From: Salisapilia sapeloensis CBS 127946
Lineage: Eukaryota > Protista > Oomycota
Length of the DNA: 64,000 bases
Direction of reading: 5' to 3'
NCBI GenBank assembly: GCA_023334545.1
Contig: JAADVB010000031.1
Location: 1-64,000, forward strand
Shown here: piece by piece, positions 59,939 to 64,000 of the stretch
Position numbering within the stretch: the stretch's first letter is position 1
Layout: each line of letters begins with the position of its first letter
Notes under the pieces: generated by a model
Database searches by the model: none
Told to the model about the DNA's origin: nothing
Seen by the model: the letters and a program-made list of their open reading frames with translations, nothing else
Translations under genes and position numbers: made by a program

Positions 59939-60565
59939 CTAGAGCTTTTCGATTTCCACACGTAATCCACAGACACATTTTTTATACCATTGTAACGTCT
60001 GAGGGTTTTGCTCTTCCTCGAATGTATGTTGATGGTCTGTAGTAGAGATCGGAGTGTAGTCTTTGTGTGCGTTCTGTTCGAGCTTGGGATCTAGTCGACG
60101 AACCTTTTTCTTCGGAGCAATGTCAGAAGCATGTCGGAGATAGCCTTTGGTTTTGATAGCTGCTTTCGAGTAAGATTCTTTCCGTCGACGACGTACCTCT
60201 GCTTCGAGACCATTTTTGTCTTTATATCGGCGATAGGCTTCTTCTAAAAGAGTCTTTTTCAAGTAGAGTTTGACTGGTGCAAAGCTTTCGTGACGAGGGT
60301 TTGGACGTGTAGCGTATGGTAGGGACCGAGACGGATCGAAGAAGCTTTCTGGAAGAGCAAACTCGATCTTGGCTCGGCCTTTGGCGACGAGCTCATAGCG
60401 TCCGTCAAGCATATTTAAGTCGTGTTTGCAATGAGAGCATACTTGGATGTGGAAAGTGTCTTGTAGAGTACGATCCAAGTATCTATCAGGAAGTTCACAC
60501 TCGCTGCATTCGCCACGAGGTAGTTCAGCCTTTTGCATGCTCGTGTCGTCCGGATTGCTGGTCAT
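59939..60565 (-). CDS. XPA: XPA-like DNA damage recognition protein
   Basis: CSEC...FHIQVCSHC zinc finger, YELVAKGRAKIEFAL, RPNPRHESFAPVKLYLK and C-terminal HQHTF...KKCVCG. Confidence 0.78.
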   Translation of the reverse strand: MTSNPDDTSMQKAELPRGECSECELPDRYLDRTLQDTFHIQVCSHCKHDLNMLDGRYELVAKGRAKIEFALPESFFDPSRSLPYATRPNPRHESFAPVKLYLKKTLLEEAYRRYKDKNGLEAEVRRRRKESYSKAAIKTKGYLRHASDIAPKKKVRRLDPKLEQNAHKDYTPISTTDHQHTFEEEQNPQTLQWYKKCVCGLRVEIEKL

Positions 60566-61212
60566 GATGTACAGAATTTCTTTTCTTTGATGAGGTAGTG
60601 GGGCTTTATTGGTTGAAAAGATAGATAATAGCGAATCAGTGGAGAGAGATTGGCGGGAAATGGAAGCAGCTCCTGGTACCACCAAGAGCTCTTTCTGCTT
60701 GAACTCTTCAAGCAGAGATTATAGGCCTGTAAAAGGGGGTTGGAATGGACATTGGTATTAGGATGATTCTTAATTGGTGGGGATGAACAGTGGTTGGTCG
60801 TATCGATCGCCATGATGTACTCGAAAGTACATTCTTAGGTCAAGATGGTAGAAAACACTTTAAAGTTGATATAGGGTGCCGAAAAGAGTCCTTAGAGCTT
60901 TGATCTATTGCTAGTGTATTGGTGTCGAAGAATGACTTGACTCAGTTTCTTGAGGCAGTCCTTCGAAAGAATATTCCGAATGAAATACCTATCAATATAA
61001 AGTCACTTCTGTGTACACGGCTGAGTCATCCAGCGAAGACAAGACACGTGGATATGTCGTGGAAGCCACCTTGTTTTCACAACTTGCCCAAGCTTCCTGT
61101 CCTCGTGTCGTTCGTGCAACCTCCACCGAGCCACATTTCTAACAGCCCAAAGCTAGATAACTGTGATATTTGTTGTTCGTAACACCACCATATTCAGCTC
61201 CTTTAACTCGCC

Positions 61213-62296
<1,084 letters not shown>

Positions 62297-62623
62297 CTGC
62301 GAAAACGAATACAAAGAGTGTTTTCTTTTCTTTGTTGGCAGTTTGGATAGTAGGTTGCACGAAGGTATGGATACAATCGCACTTGATTGAAATCGAGGAG
62401 CTACGGATGTGATTTGGGAACCGAGCGTCTTGGGCGAAGGCGGTGCATACTCTCCGTCGCGCTTCTCGTCCTTTACTAGTTTAGTCGTCCGCGTTACAGA
62501 CGAAAAGGTTGAGGGGAGACTCGCGTTTTCTGATTGCAATTTGTGGCATTCATACTAGTGTCCAAGACATTTTTCATCGGCGAAAAGGGAGAGCAGCTCC
62601 CATCCTTATAAGTGTGGTAACTC

Positions 62624-64000
62624 ATGTCTTCTGAGCAAGACAAGACCGTATCTACTTTTCTACAAGACTTACGTACGTATATCTTCTTATTCCTCTTGTA
62701 TGGTCAAATCTGACTTTGATATGTAGTTGGTGGAAAGGAGTATGTCGAGGCAGATGCGAGTAAGCTGCACATCTCCCACCCGTCGACTCTCCAGTCGCTC
62801 TTCACCTCTATCATCGGCGTACTGGATGAAGCTCACCAGGTATACTCGTCTCTATATCGTCCTGTCAATCAAAAATTAATCGCATACGTTTGTATTAAAG
62901 ATCTCGACACTCGAGGCGTTAATCAGTCTCGTTCGGAGTAATTGTACCAACGTCGAGGCCTGTGCAAGCGTCGGTCTGCCACAAGACGTGTTATCTTTTC
63001 TAAGTGAGCGAGGGCTCTTTGTCGATCCGTCCTTCACCATTCGTGTGCTCAAGAAAATCTATCGTTTGTTCCTTTACTTGTCCAGCTACTCGGTCACGAG
63101 TCAGGACATCCAGTCGATGCTATCTGTCTTCCAAAGCTCTCGTATGCAGAAAGAAGCACCAGACGATGCAGCCGTCAGCTACTTTCTAGCGACCATGGAG
63201 ATGATCGCTCGTGACTCGTTCGGCCCGCCGTCCTACTTTGACTTGAGTGGCGAGTACTCTGGTTTGAACATGGAGGCATTAGATGCCTTCCCGACAAATG
63301 GATACACGTTCTGTGCCTGGATCAAGTTCGAATGTCTTCCGGACGTCCCGGCGCCGCTTTACACTTTCTGTGGCAAGTCAGACGTCGGTGTCTCTTGCTC
63401 CTTCACTCGTTCCTCTTTGCTCCTCTCAACGTTCGATAAGAAAAAGAACGACGGACATGTCGAAGTTCCAGACTTGTTGACACCTGGGAGGTGGCACTTT
63501 GTCTGCATCGCACATACGCACCGGCAGTTCCGTGGCTCCAAGGTCGACGTCTTTTTGAACGGAGAGCTGCGACATAGTAGTAAGCTCGTGTACCCGAACG
63601 CAGCGCTCATGTCTCCCGTGGAAAAGTCGTTAATCGGGATGCGAGACAGCAAGGGCAGTAACTCGTTACGCGTCCTCCTCGGTCCCACAGCGCTCTTCGG
63701 CCAAGCACTGTCAGCGACAACCATCTCTGGCATCCGCAGTGCTGAAGAGTACGACGCGCTTGTCTTCCAATTCAATTCGTACATTTCATCCTCTTCGACG
63801 TCCGGCGGTACGACATCCACCGCTGCTTCGAACACTGCGGCAAGTTCTCCGAACGCAAATGACGGGCTGCTCTTTGCCTTTGACGCCCGCAACTGCGACA
63901 AGTCGAAGGGCGTCTGCTACGATTCGAGCGGGAACGACCATCACGCATCGGCTATCAGCGCTGGCGTGCGACTGCGTCACGCAGGTACGTTCAAGCAGGC
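62624..64000 (+). CDS. N-terminal part of a neurobeachin/LRBA-like (BEACH family) protein with ConA/laminin-G-like domain; runs off the window
   Basis: YFDLSGEYSGL...NGYTFCAWIKFE...WHFVCIAH...VDVFLNGEL. The BEACH domain itself is not in the window. Confidence 0.62.

Noticed and set aside
10996-60565. DNA-repair cluster (MSH5, RAD7-like, XPA)
   Set aside because: The genes are spread over tens of kb among unrelated housekeeping genes.

Overview
This is gene-dense eukaryotic nuclear DNA, most likely from an oomycete or close stramenopile relative. That assignment is inferred from gene content, short GT-AG introns and a retroelement relic carrying an archaeal-type RNase H; it has not been verified by a search. 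About 35 protein-coding genes are packed with very short spacers, often 35-200 bp. Recognisable genes include SPCS2, MAD2, MSH5, RPL23, mitochondrial gamma-carbonic anhydrase, a RAD7-like LRR protein, NAP/SET, SPCS1, ARP10, EndoU, ArgA-type N-acetylglutamate synthase, DNL-Zn finger (Zim17), a TFIIB-like protein, SF3B5, RNF32-like, PDE6D, a COQ10-EF-hand fusion, the FEX fluoride exporter, a torsin-like AAA+, RPT5, a cyclic-nucleotide-binding channel, MetH, methylmalonyl-CoA mutase, a C2/U-box protein, SLC35F5-like, an F-box protein, XPA, TRM8 and the start of a neurobeachin-like gene. Most are spliced, so the ORF track shows only fragments; my exon joins and start codons were read by eye and are approximate. 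The main anomaly is a ~6 kb gene-free island at ~23.8-30.0 kb. Its core is ~22% GC and has lost cytosines mainly in 5'-pyrimidine context (TC/CC, and GA/GG on the other strand) while CpA and CpG are kept, which matches neither fungal RIP nor CpG decay. A dead RNase-H retroelement relic flanks the core. Other highlights are the two cobalamin-dependent enzymes MetH and MUT lying in tandem 286 bp apart, an imperfect palindrome linking the divergent start codons of EndoU and ArgA, and several unusual domain architectures. No rRNA, tRNA or CRISPR array was recognised.
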